This document shows positions 12,861 to 25,540 of a stretch of 64,000 nucleotides of DNA, piece by piece. Origin of the DNA: Azolla caroliniana. Lineage: Eukaryota > Plantae > Polypodiophyta. How positions within the stretch are numbered: position 1 is the first letter of the stretch; every line of letters starts with the position of its first letter. Made by a program: the position numbers and the translations under genes. The notes beneath the pieces are model-generated. The model made no database searches. It saw only the letters and a list, made by a program, of their open reading frames with translations, and was not told the DNA's origin. The stretch is taken from the NCBI GenBank assembly GCA_043228905.1, contig JBHGNT010000003.1:20646001-20710000 (forward strand). Direction: 5' to 3'.

Positions 12861-13122
12861 AATAATAGTCTCCTTCATATGAAGGAGACACATATAATAT
12901 GATTTACTCCATCCTAATAATCCCCCATTCTTAGAAAGGAGTCACATATAATATGATAGGCTGTTTGGGTCCTATTAGTCAAAATTGACCTTATGATGAA
13001 AGATAAACCATCTATTCTATTATTAATTCCTTTGTCAGTAAACCCACTCTATTCTATTCTATTCTATTCTTAATTCCTTTTTTACTAAATACACTAGACA
13101 ACTCAACAACACCAAACCCATA

Positions 13123-13212
13123 TGCGCGCTCAATCAGACTCTTTTATATGTCAAGGATTAGCATTTTGCGCGCTCAATCAGACTCTTTTATATGTCAAGG
13201 ATTGGCATTTTG
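13123..13212. repeat. 45-bp tandem duplication upstream of the TRF-like gene
   Basis: TGCGCGCTCAATCAGACTCTTTTATATGTCAAGGATT(A/G)GCATTTT occurs twice in tandem. Confidence 0.85.
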
Positions 13213-13477
13213 AGTTTGGCACTTACAAAAGCGAAACATATTATCAAATGAAATTGATTTTTCCCTTACACTATTCAAACATATGATATAACACCTTCCA
13301 TTGATCATTTATACCCTTTAACCACTTTAGCTAGCATGTTTTATTGAAATGTTTTCCACCTATTGAAAATTTACATCGTCCCGCCCATCTCATGTCTCCC
13401 CACGATATGGGAAGATTCAAGAAACAAAAAAAAGACTTGAATTGGTATGCATTCCTTGCAAGGTACTAGAAGGTTCC

Positions 13478-16400
13478 ATGGATTCTTCTTTTTCTTCTTC
13501 ACAGACACAGGAAACAGACTTTTCTGGTAAGTCTCTCTCTCTCTGTGGTCTTTTTAGGGTTTCGCAAGTTCTAGCTTTCTTGTTTTGAACTGTAAGAGAA
13601 AAGGACATAACACACACACACACACACACAGCGGTTGCATCAATTGGTCGAAGGATGACGAGAAAGCTGCAGGCATATGTTAGAGATGCCATTCGTGATT
13701 CTTCTGTAGAGATTCTGAGATTCAAAAAGGAAAGCCTGAAAAGCATGGAGACGAGAATAAGAGCTGTAGTGTATGTTTCTTCTCTAACATATTCTAGAGG
13801 CTTCTTTTCTTTCAATGTACTATTTTTCTGATGTTTCATTGCAGTTTTTACGTCTTTCTGAGAATGGCTTGTTCCTTTTGATTCTTTTTTATTTCTGAAA
13901 TATAAAAAAACAGGTTAGGGTTTTCACACATACTGATTTCAGTTTTCTTGATGAATGAATGAATACCAGCGATGTTCAGGCTGTTCTATGCAATGAGAAG
14001 ATTCTGGAATTGGATGGTCGTTTTAATGGTAATATTAGAGAAGGGAGGGATAGTGCTGGAGGAAACATTAATGATTGTACTTGCACAAGTCCTTTAGATG
14101 TTTCCATGTGCAGAGTTTCAGAAGGAGATTCATATGCGGACAAAGGAAGAAGATGCCAAGCAAAGCTATTACATGGCAGAGATCTTGGAAGAGATTCGAG
14201 AACTCCATACCCTCATATCCAAAATAATCTCCAAAAACAAAGGCAAGTTTACTTGACACCAAAGATACACATTTATAGAGGATGCTCTCAGTACAAATTG
14301 CTTGAAAAGATCCAGACTGATTGGCTGTCTTGTTGGTTTTTGCGGTATACAAATGTAAAACCAATGCCCATGCATGCTAGTTTGAAGTGTAGGAAATTGC
14401 ATAGTCTGGGCATGCTTTTCTAGTTTTCAGTATACACATGTAAGTTTGATGCAAGCACTCGAAGATGTGAGAGCCGCTTTCAATGTAATCTTAGCTGGAG
14501 GTGGCCTTGGTGTCTCATGGATACAAAATGAAGAGATTTTCATCCTACAACTAATTATTGTGGATATGATGTCTAAATATAGATATGGAAAGACTGGTTT
14601 TTACCAGCACCAAGGTGATTTATATAAATATAACCTGCTGAAGGAAATGCGTTTGTCTAATACATTGCTGCTCCTTATATATGTGATTTGGAAATTACAG
14701 GCTGCAGTTGATTTGTATAGTGTGAAATGCCCTCATATGCACGTCAGATCTCTAGGTTATCTAAATCCAAGTATTTAGAAATTCTAAACTATTGTATAAG
14801 TGTAAATATTCAAGCCATTCAATTCTTTTAAAGACATACATGCAGATGCATCACTTTTAGGTTTTCTGCAACATAAATAATAGAAATCTGTTTTTAGTTT
14901 GTCATTTAGATCTAAGCAGATATACCTATCTTATATAATATGTCATCCCACTCATGCCTACAAATGCCACCAGCTTATTTAGATCTAAACGAATGTATCT
15001 ATCCCATGCCACTATTCTCATATCCATGAATATCAATCTGTACCTGTTTCAGGATGATCATATCTTTTTTGTGTGCAATCTAAGTACAAACTTTTTCAGG
15101 GATAACGTATGTAAAGGGGTTGGGTTAAGTAGTAAATTCAATTACACCAAAGTCTCGATTTTTATTTGACTGAAACAGGCTAATCTACAGATTCTTGCAT
15201 ACAAAATCAGATCCATGATGAGGCATCAAAAAGCTGCAGTGAAAGTCAAAAGGAACATGAATTTGTTGAGGATAATCACGAAGACACTTTTCACACATCT
15301 TCCTTTCCTTACCAAATTGATACCAAGGCATCAGAAATCTGTAACAAAGCTCAAAGAGAACTAAAAGTTCATGAGCAGAATCTGCATCATTCTTGCATTA
15401 GATTGCTCAAAAGGAAAAACGTATGTTCTACTGATGAGATCCCTGTTACTTCCTTGCACCCAGAAGGAACTGATGCTTTTGAAGCTGGGAATGATCAGAG
15501 CTCCTTCAGGAAAGATTGTACTTCTGCAGCTTGTGTTCCAGAAGAGGATGGACTTGGAGCAGATAACGACTCTTTCATGACCAAATTTGTAGGGGAATCA
15601 GAAACATTAGTGCTAAATAAGCCTGATGTAATGGAATATGGTCCATTTGAGGCATTAGATGTGAAGGATAATCTGGAAGTAATGATCGATGGATCATTAC
15701 AGGATATGGCCAACTGTAAACAAACAGAATCTTGGACATCTGGTTGCTCAACTCCAGAAAGAAAAGCCACTGGGACAGGATGCCATAAATCGGATGTGTG
15801 GAGAACATATCTCTTGTAAAGAAAATTTCCCAAGGATTTGTTCAAACAAGAATACTAAGAATTCCTCAGCTGACTGTATTTATACAATGACTGAATGTTT
15901 ATGATTTATGCACAGCATAGAGGATGATGATGCTACAAGTGAGAGAAGAGGCGCAGCCTGTCAGGGAAGAGTTGAATCTCAGCCAAAAGCTCGTTGTGCA
16001 CCTGACAAGAAAACAATCAAAAAGCAGTTAAATCAACCCATTTACAAGAGACTAAGAAGATGCAGACGATTTTCAAGTGTTGAGATTGAGTGCCTTGTGA
16101 AGGCTGTAGAGAAGTTTGGTACGGGGAGGTAATGAATTTTATTCAAAACGTTCTTGTTTAATGATTAATTGCATATATTGAAGGCTGATTTGCCTGCAAA
16201 TAACCAGGTGGCGTGATGTGAAACAGACCTACTTCTCTTTAGCAAAGGATTTTTCTGCTGGAGACTTAAAGGTTATTCTTTGTTTTCAATAGAAGCTTTA
16301 TGATGAATATTTATAAGATGACAGGCTCTGCATCATGGAAACACTGAATTCAGTTATGTGGTTTGGATTGGATGTAAAAGGATAAATGGAGATCATTAGT

Positions 16401-16497
16401 GCACTCAGCCCACTTAGCACCTCAGCATCGTAGATGTCTGAAACTGTCTTCTCTTCTAGCAAATCGCATATTGGCTATTGAGGATGGAGGAGGATGA
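13478..16497 (+). CDS. TRFL: TRF-like telomere-repeat-binding Myb protein (C-terminal telobox Myb plus Myb-extension), divergent, ~556 aa
   Basis: Confident 3' exons 15916-16128, 16208-16271 and 16381-16497 give RRCRRFSSVEIECLVKAVEKFGTGRWRDVKQTYFSLAKDFSAGDLKDKWRSLVHSAHLAPQHRR...LANRILAIE, matching the TRFL family-1 Myb and Myb-extension. Tentative frame-consistent 5' exons are 13478-13526, 13632-13770, 13970-14242 (GC donor), 14424-14614 and 15191-15815. Confidence 0.8.
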
Positions 16498-17321
16498 TAA
16501 TGTAAAACCATTCTGATAGAAATTTGCAGTTTGGGTTGGCTAGTATTGTTGAAGTGACGCCATGAAGCAAAAAAAAGGCAGATTGTCATGAAAGGAAGTG
16601 AAATGTTAGTAGCTGAACCGACCTTCTCCGATATAAAAACACACCTGGGTCTATATATATTGCTGACATAAATCAACAAAGCACAAAATATATCCATCAA
16701 ATTGAAAGAAGAATTTTAAATAAACTAGTAAACTTGTCTCGTCAGCATCTTTCTTGATCTTAAGCAGCATAGCATACCATAATTGTCTCTTCTATAGAGA
16801 GAAATGATTAAGCTGTGTTATCAAGGTACTTTTTCCTCCTATAATCAATAAACTCGTGAATTGTTTCTCATTGATGATAGGTTATTATGTTTAGGGGGAC
16901 ACAAAGTAATGGATGCAATCAATTATTGAAAACTCATGTAGGGTAGCTATGTGAGGATCTGCCATTTCATTACCACCAAATAAAAGCATCCACTAGATGG
17001 AAATAATTAATAATACTAAGTTAGCTCTATGCAATTATGTACCCATGGACAGGATAAATATGAATACAAATATTTATGTTACAAATATGTACGCGTAGCC
17101 ATGTAACAATATTTATGTTGCAAAAATGGATACATTGTTATAGCTACAAATTATGGACTTGCTCGTTTTTTTATCAAACTTATTGTATATTTTCATATTG
17201 GGGTTCTTAATTGTGTACCAAATTAGCTTTTCCCCTTTCCATGTACTCTACTAAACAAGCTCAAGACATGGGATGCAATGTACAGAAAAATACCAAGAGC
17301 AAAATTCTCTCATCTAGCTAG

Positions 17322-17563
17322 GTGATTGACATTATGAAGTGGGTTAAGTGGGAGAAAAAAATATCTATTGAAGCATATCAAGTGATGCTATGAAGTATGT
17401 GATCATTGATTTTTTACTACAAAGGAGTAAGGAGTGTGACATAGTGATTGACATTATGAAGTGGTTTAAGTTGAAGGAAAAAATATCTATTGGAGCGTAT
17501 CAAGTGATGCTATGAAGTATGTGATCATTGAGTTTTTACTACAAAGGAGCAAGGAGTGTGACA
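17322..17563. repeat. ~122-bp tandem duplication, partly similar to the LINE-like sequence at ~12420
   Basis: The GTGATTGACATTATGAAGTGG...GGAGTGTGACATA unit starts at 17322 and at 17444. Confidence 0.85.
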
Positions 17564-18059
17564 TATAGATGATATGTTGATTTGGTCCCATATGTCAAAT
17601 AGGTCAATTTTGGTTTCATCATGGATGGTAAAATATCTACTCTATTCTACTAATAAATATATGCTTGTGTCAAGTTGTTTGTGTGTTTACAAATATTTAA
17701 TGTTAGCCATCACACATAAAATGTACTCGCTTTCTTTTTAAAGGGAATTCGAGAACTTTTTCTCACAATTTGGATTGAATGAAGTTTAAAATTTCTAGGA
17801 TGTGCCATCAAGGTCTTTTGAATGAATGATCTATCATAATGTTCTAATGAGTGTGCCATACAGATATAAAGATGCCATTTTTCATTTTTAAAGTACATAA
17901 AGTTAATAATGGTAGCAATTGTAAGGTTCATGATGATTGAATCCTTAAAAACATGATTATATGCCAATTTTTTGTAGGACTTATTAAGCAAGAATAGGGA
18001 ATATGTGCAAAGCATGTTCAATTGCTCTTTAGTTTAGTGGACAATATAATATGACCCTC

Positions 18060-19520
18060 ATTAGAGCATAACTTGTACAACATGCCATCAAACAACTTGT
18101 CCACACACACATACTTGTTTATCACCAAACACACCACTCCCTTGGAGTAGGTTGATCTTGGGAAAGGGAAACAACTTTTGTTGTCGAGGCTTCAATGTCA
18201 AGATCAATCACACCCTTTCTTGTAGCATCTCTCAAAATCAACATTGTTTATGAATTTGACTCAAAGAAATGAGCCTTAAAGCCTTAAAACTTCTGCCAAT
18301 CACATAAAGATTTAAGTGCATGGAAACCAACTTAGATCATGGACCTATCTCCATGTGAATAACAACACTAGTTCTTCAATGCTTGGATGATGGCAAACAA
18401 TTGTTTCTATTGTAGGATAACAATCTTGTACATCTTTGATCTTTTGTCTTACAATGAGGAGTAAACAATCGTAAGAAATAGTGTCACACTTTATATTGGA
18501 TGCATCATATGTAATGCAAATGCAATGGCTAGAAGATTATTTTAAATTTAGATGTATTTCTAAATCTTGCCAAGTCCGTTGAAAGGTGTAATGGGGATAA
18601 GGTCTATTGAAAGGAGAGGCCCTCGTGAGTGCATGAGTGTGTAGTAAAGCAAAAGACATGGAAGCAAAGCACTAATGAATCCAATCACAGGGTTTGATAA
18701 ACTGCCAACCTAATACTAGAGGATGTGAAGAGGTATATGGGCATGTTTGATTGATTCGTTGGTTTGTGTCCACTCATGCTTAATGCTCTCTTGGTGTAAT
18801 TCTATGAACATATATTTATGACTTCCATGCGAGACTTTTCCTTTGTTTTGTTCCATTGCCTATCAAATGGGGAAGACCATTTCCCTTTTTCTTTTAATCT
18901 CCTTATCCACCTCTAATTTAGAACCCCACGTGAAAATCTAGCTCATGCCATTCAAGACCCATTCACCAGCCAACTGTATAGGCTTATTCCCACACAGTGA
19001 ATTATATTTAAGTTGGTACATACAAGTTAGATAACTATCAATTATAGAAACACAAGTTTACTTTGGAAAGTAAAACTCAGGCACGTGTGATAATAGGTGA
19101 TATGTACATTCTTATTAAAGCTTGTGGTGTATTCCTTTCGCCTCAGACTCTTCATCCAGTTGGGTTTATTATATATGAAGTTGGCTCATTGTCCCATTGA
19201 CGACGCTTGTCCATGTGCCCACATGCTCTCTTTATTGTGGCCCACTTTGTAATGAGACCATCTTCATTTTCTAAAAGAAGCCCTAGGTCCCTTCGGCCCT
19301 TCACATCCACCGCTTTTAAGAATAAGACCACCTTGCTGGAGTCCAATATAGTTTTGTGAAGTGCGGACAAACGACTGAATCTTTGTTTGAACTCTTGAAG
19401 TGTTTTCTTGCACTCAACGTTTCACTTGGAGACTCCACCCAATCCATCAGATCCTTCTTTGTGTGTTCGGGATGAATCATCGCGAACATACTCCTCGAGT
19501 AGGCCCCTTTCAAAAGTTTC
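18060..19520 (-). mobile_element. Degenerate Ty3/gypsy LTR-retrotransposon fragment (gag-like and RNase H remnants)
   Basis: The minus strand near 18350-18515 reads YDAS...QLFAIIQALKN*CCYSHG, compared with gypsy RNase H CDAS...ELLAIVxALKxWRHYL. Short ORFs at 19152-19513 (KVVLFLKAVD...LGLLLENEDGL..W) resemble gag. Stops and frameshifts are present. Confidence 0.6.
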
Positions 19521-21591
19521 CCAAATCGATATATTTGGCAAATGCTAAAGAGAATGGATTTAATACTTCGTGGAGGGCATGCCTAAGGTGGACATTGCAC
19601 CACTCCTTGTGGTCACTCACCCCAATCGATACATGGCAAAACAAAGGAGCAACGGGGCAATAACAACATGACAAATTCAAGGATAACAACATTCACATTG
19701 GCCTGATTGATTGGGAAAAACATTGAGAGAGGGATATGAGGATGTTTCCGAAACCACACATATTGGCTAGCTAGCACTAATCCCTTTCTTTCGTTCTTTC
19801 TTTCATTGTCTTCCATGTGTGTGTGCTCTTAAAATGAATGATCCCGGGAGACTCAACACTAAATTTGGGAGCGTGAATTTTGCATTCGATTTTTTATTAA
19901 GAGTGTAAGTGAAGAAGGGTAGTTTTGTGAATTACTTTTGGGTAGAGACGAGGGGTATTTCTGCAATTTGTTTTCTTCGCGTTTTCTTCTTTCTCTTTTT
20001 TCTTCACACTGAAGACGAAGAAGAAAGGAAGGAAGGAAGACCTCCCCTGAGAAGGAAAACAGAAGAAGAAGAAAGACAGCAGCCTCTGCTTATGGCGTCC
20101 TTCCAGGTTCGTTCCTGTTCCCTCAAGGTTTCCTTTACGCTGTTTTAATCCCCACCCCCCCCTTTCTTTCTTTCCCTCTTCTAGATTCTCTTCTGTTTTC
20201 CCTATTCTGCTGAATTCCATCCTTTTTAGGGTCCGTTATTCTTGTCTTCATCTTCCTTTTTCTCCCTATGATCTGTCTTCCTAAAGCTAATGGATATTGT
20301 GGAAATCTAAGAGAAGCTCTGCTATGTAAAAATCACAACCTTTCTTCTGCGATGAGCGTTTCTGCTGAATTGATGCTACTAAAGTAGTCGTTGATTATGT
20401 CCATTTTCCCCTTTCTTTCTCATGAAGTAACCATTTTCGTAAAGCCAATGGGATTTCTGGTAATCGAAGAGAAGGTCTGCTGTGGAAAGTCACAGCCTTT
20501 TTTTCCATAATGAGCGTTTTTGCTGAATCTGTTCAAAATTTCTTGCTGATTTTACCTTGTTTCTTCTTTTCACGAAATTTCTGATGTATCCCAAGCAAGA
20601 TGATCGTCCAACATTGTGAAATATATATCTGATGATGTATGTTGTTTTTGCATCAGGCTTGCACTACAGAAAGATAATTCTTTTTAGGTGTAGGAGAGAT
20701 TATGTAATGGAATATGGCGTTTCTTTTAGAAATAGAGAAATCGCATTGGATTTAGAAATTTAGATATTGACTTAGATGAACTTGAAATATGGCTAGATTT
20801 TTGTTCCTGAAGCAGCATTGGGGTAAGAGATTTGCATTAAAAGTTGATAAACAGTAGAGAAACTTCATTTATCATATAGTGCATTTCATGCTCGCACAAT
20901 CAATGTTCCAAAGTGACTACAAATATGATTTTTTTCTTTTATACTTTTTCTTCTGATGAAGCTTTTTGAGGTATTTTGCATCATCGAACAAGAAGATTGT
21001 AAGGAAGCTGATATATGTCTAATAATATATAGTATTTTCTCATAGAACCAATAGATTTTTTTATTTAGCTAAATGATGGTCAGATTCTTATATCTGAATA
21101 CATGAATTTCCATAGACGTACTTGTCCGCAATTTCACAAGGGAGAAATTGTGTGTTTACATTGAATTGATATAAAAGTTCTCTTTGATTTGAGGCTTTTC
21201 GTGAACTATTTGAGGACTTTTGCATCAATCTCGTAACATAGTAAGATAGATGTTCGAATCTGTTGGTTAAGTGAACAATGGCCAATGGAGTGTGTGCTTC
21301 AGAAGGTAATGCATTAGATGAACATAGCCATTAAGGGTTGTAAGACTTACATGTATGAATAGAACCTTAGTTGAGCAGCAATCCTGCCCTGGGCATGTAC
21401 TTATGAATCATGATGTACATCTTGTGTGCTACAATCTCTTGGATATCAATGTAGGATCTTGAAAAGTGATGGAACTAATTCTCGTTTTTCCTTAATGCGT
21501 GCAGATATTGGATTTATAGGTATTTAGAGACTGTATTATGATGACATATTTATCAGAAATTGCTCATTTAAGAGTCTAAATAAGTAGCCCA

Positions 21592-23698
21592 ATGTACGGG
21601 GGCTCAAATAACCATCCAGTTCGTCCGTTGTATGAGTTTAGAACCAAAGGTGCAGTCCATGGCCACACCACTCCTACAACAGGATTGAAGCCCCAAGCAA
21701 GTCCAAGCATGGAACATACCTCAAATGCTCAATCACAGGGGCAGACAAGTTTGAGGTTAGTATTTTCATTTTAGCTGGCTGCAGTGTATTGTAGTTTATG
21801 CTTGTATTTACATATCCTATGACTTGTTTTAATTATATCTTCTTGTGGGGCTTGCCATGTTTCAGTCAGCATGATTGGAAATCGCAGTTAAGGCTGCCCC
21901 CAACAGATACACGCTATAGGACTGAGGTTTGGCTTTCTACAAATTTATTTATAGGGTATTTGGTGGGTTTCCTTCAAAGATTCTGATTTTTTCTTGATTC
22001 AGGATGTAACAGCAACAAAGGGTAATGAATTTGAGGATTACTTTTTGAAGCGTGAACTGCTTATGGGTATTTACGAGAAAGGGTTTGAGAGACCATCACC
22101 TATCCAAGAAGAAAGTATACCCATTGCTCTAACAGGATGTGATATACTAGCAAGAGCTAAGAATGGAACAGGAAAAACTGCTGCATTTTGTATCCCTGCA
22201 ATTGAGAAAACTGACCCAAGTAAAAATGCAATCCAAGGTAAGTATCAAGAGATTTGTGTGGCAGTTTCTAGAATGGTACATTTCATGGATATGAGATGTT
22301 CGCATACACTGTACTGGAATCACTACTAAAAATTTAAGTTTCTTCTATTTTGTTTTCTAGTTCTGCTTTTAGTACCTACCCGCGAGTTAGCTTTACAAAC
22401 CTCCCAAGTGTGCAAAGAACTTTCCAAGCATTTGAACATACAGATCATGGTCACAACTGGTGGAACAAGCTTGAAAGATGATATCATGCGGCTATACCAA
22501 CCAGTTCACATTCTTGTGGCTACTCCTGGGAGGGTTCTAGATTTGACCAAGAAAGGTGTTTGCAACCTGAATGAGTGCGCCATGCTGGTGATGGATGAGG
22601 TATAGTTATTATGCATATTGTAGCTATGTTGATTTTTGATTGATTGATTTCATGAATAATGTTTATTGCCCAATCTATGGTAACCCCTTCGCAATTTTCT
22701 GGTCATGAGTGCACTCGTGAACCCTTGACTGACTTGTAGTATGAGGAGTAAGGGGGCTAAAGAAAGTTGTGAGTGTTCTTTGTCAATGAACTTGTGTTTG
22801 TTTTTTTGTCCAACAACTTCTCCTAGTGTCTCTTGTTACCCATATGAGTGTACGGGGCGGTATAAGGGTGGAACACTATAAAGTGGTTGTTGTGTATGTG
22901 TAATGTATATGAAGTGTGTGAGGATGAGTATGTGTATGAACACATGCACAATTATGTGCATGTGACAAGAATGTAACGGTCATCTTTTTGTAACAGTCAT
23001 ATTATTGACCGTTACATTATGTACTATATAAACCCCCTATGGGGCATGCAATGATATACATTTTTCCCTCTCATTTTTGGTGTATGTCTTTGTTTGTTTC
23101 TCTCTCTCTCTCCCTCACACGTAACCCCCTTGGGAGAATGGCTCCACCCCCCACCCATTAACATCTCTCGAGTTCCAACAAGGCATCCCTAAGCACTGGT
23201 GGTTCTCATATTCCATTACTTTTCATAGTGGGTAAAAGATTGGTTAAAGAGGCAAAGGTATCTCCACCTTATTTCGTAAAAAATAGTATCATTGAAAATA
23301 TATGTACTCTTCAAATTCCACTTCATAATGACTCAATCGGCAGATTCTTTCTTCTAGAGGTGTGAGTACATATCTACCTACCTCAATCTCTAGCTGATGT
23401 GAAGCGGTATGTAGCTGCACTATCACACTACTCAGTGCGAGGAATAGATGTATGTACATATAAGAGGGGGTGACGATGAATCCATGTCTGGTGTGTGTAG
23501 AAAGTGCGCCTTATTGTGGGCCATCTTCTTACCAAGAGATGTTGTGGAGCTGATCCATGTTCTTTTTTATCCATTTTGAGAATATCAGTTTGGATGTACC
23601 TTATCTTTTTTCCACTTTGCCTTTGCCATCTTCAAATAGGGACAATCCAAGCCGTATTGGAATGAGGGTAGTGCATTTATGCTTATGCCAGGGGAGAG

Positions 23699-23738
<40 letters not shown>

Positions 23739-25477
23739 GTGTTAACGTCTTTTAAGAGGCCAAAATGGCCTATAAGACCAAATAAGAGATTACATCTTAA
23801 GTGTTTTCTCATCTTTGAGAACAAATTAAAATAAAATAAATATTACACAGTAAATATAAAAGTAAATAACATGAAAAGAAAAGAAATAAGGGAATCTGGT
23901 TTTTGGCACATATGAGATCCTCAAGTTAGGTATATTGTAGCTTTTGTCTTCGAAAGATCTCTAGCATAGGTCGATCCAGAATGGAAATGTCTCCGAAGCG
24001 AGGGAAGCACCTACGATTGCGGGAGATAATGGCTTTTATATGTCGATGACAAGGGTGTCGGGGTCGTGATCCATGGGGCCGCGGCCTTCATGCATGGCAA
24101 ATTGCCATTGCCCGATCAATTGTAACCCCTTTGTTATGTCCTGGTCTGAAGCCCATTTGTGTATCTCGGGGTTGACTTCTAGCATTAGGAGTGATGGGGC
24201 TAAAGAAAGTTGTGATTGTTCTTTGTGGATGAGCTTGTGTGGCTGTATTCTTCAACAACTTTTCCCGATGTCTCTTGAGCTCTAGCAAGAAAAGTCCTAG
24301 GCATCGTTGGTCCTCATATTCCATTACCTTGCGTAGTGGACCAAAGCCTTGTCTAAAGAGGCAATGGTATCTCCCTCTGATTTCATAAAAGACACTACAA
24401 TGACAAACATAGTGTTCTTCAGATTCCACTCCTTGATGACACAATTGGCAAATTCTCTCTTCTAGAGGTAGTCGTGTATATTTGCCTACCTCAATCTGTA
24501 GCTGATGTGATGAAGTTTGCAGCTGCCCTATCACACTACGCAACGCATAGGATAGATGTATGTCCATATAAGGTGGCCTGATGACAAAACCATCCTCTGA
24601 TGTACGTAAGAAGTTTGTCTTATAGTGGGTCATCTTTGTACCAAGTGGTATTTTGGGGCTGATCCATGTTATCTTGTTTTCCAAGTTAATAATATCAGTT
24701 CGGATCACTCTATTCTTTTCCACTTTGGTCATATTTAGATGGGGACAGTCCAAGCTATATTGGAACGGGGGTATTGCATTTATACTCATGCTATGTGACT
24801 CGGAACCATTGTTGCATTTCAACATACCAATAATGAGTGTCTCCATTTTCAGCGAGTTGTTTTGATGACATAAGTGCCAACCTTGGGTACCTTCGTTTAG
24901 GGAGCTCCAAAGACGTTGGATAAATGTCACTGATCGGAACAACGCCTCGGTTATTATAGGTGCTGCTCCCATCTCTGCCCGGATTATATCGTGGGGCACC
25001 GATGCTTTGTTCCTTATCATGCGAGCAATCATTGACACTAAAGGTCTCTCTAAATCTTTCCAATGATTTGCCTTGTTAAGACTCGGTCCCCATGTCTCTA
25101 TTCCACAGAGAAGAGTTGGTGTAACAAGTGTATCAAATAACCATAGCTTAGTCCGTGGCTCTTGAAACTGCAAATGTGCACATTGTCTCCCAAGAGCACC
25201 AAGGGCTGCATATGCACGAGAAAGTCGGGCACAAGCGGCCTCCTGTAAGGAGAACCTAGGTCCTGTAAATGTTACTCCTAGGTATGTGTAGGAGCGTGTG
25301 TATTCCACCTTTTCCTCTCCCAAGAAGAATTCTGGTTCTGATCTTGTTACCCATGCTTGGGTGGTGTTAAACACCATCACTTTAGTTTTATTCATGTTGA
25401 TTGACAAACCTTTGTCCGTACAAAATAGTTTTAAGGCATTTATATGTCTTTGTAGTCCCTCCGGAGAGTCAGAAATC

Positions 25478-25540
<63 letters not shown>

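Noticed and set aside
13632-13770. Faint resemblance of SLKSMETRIRAVV to the CBP60 N-terminal helix
   Set aside because: The match is too short and no downstream CBP60 domain follows.
21487-21504. U12-like branch motif TTCCTTAAT close to an acceptor in the DDX6 leader
   Set aside because: No RTATCCTT donor was found upstream, so a minor-spliceosome intron is unsupported.
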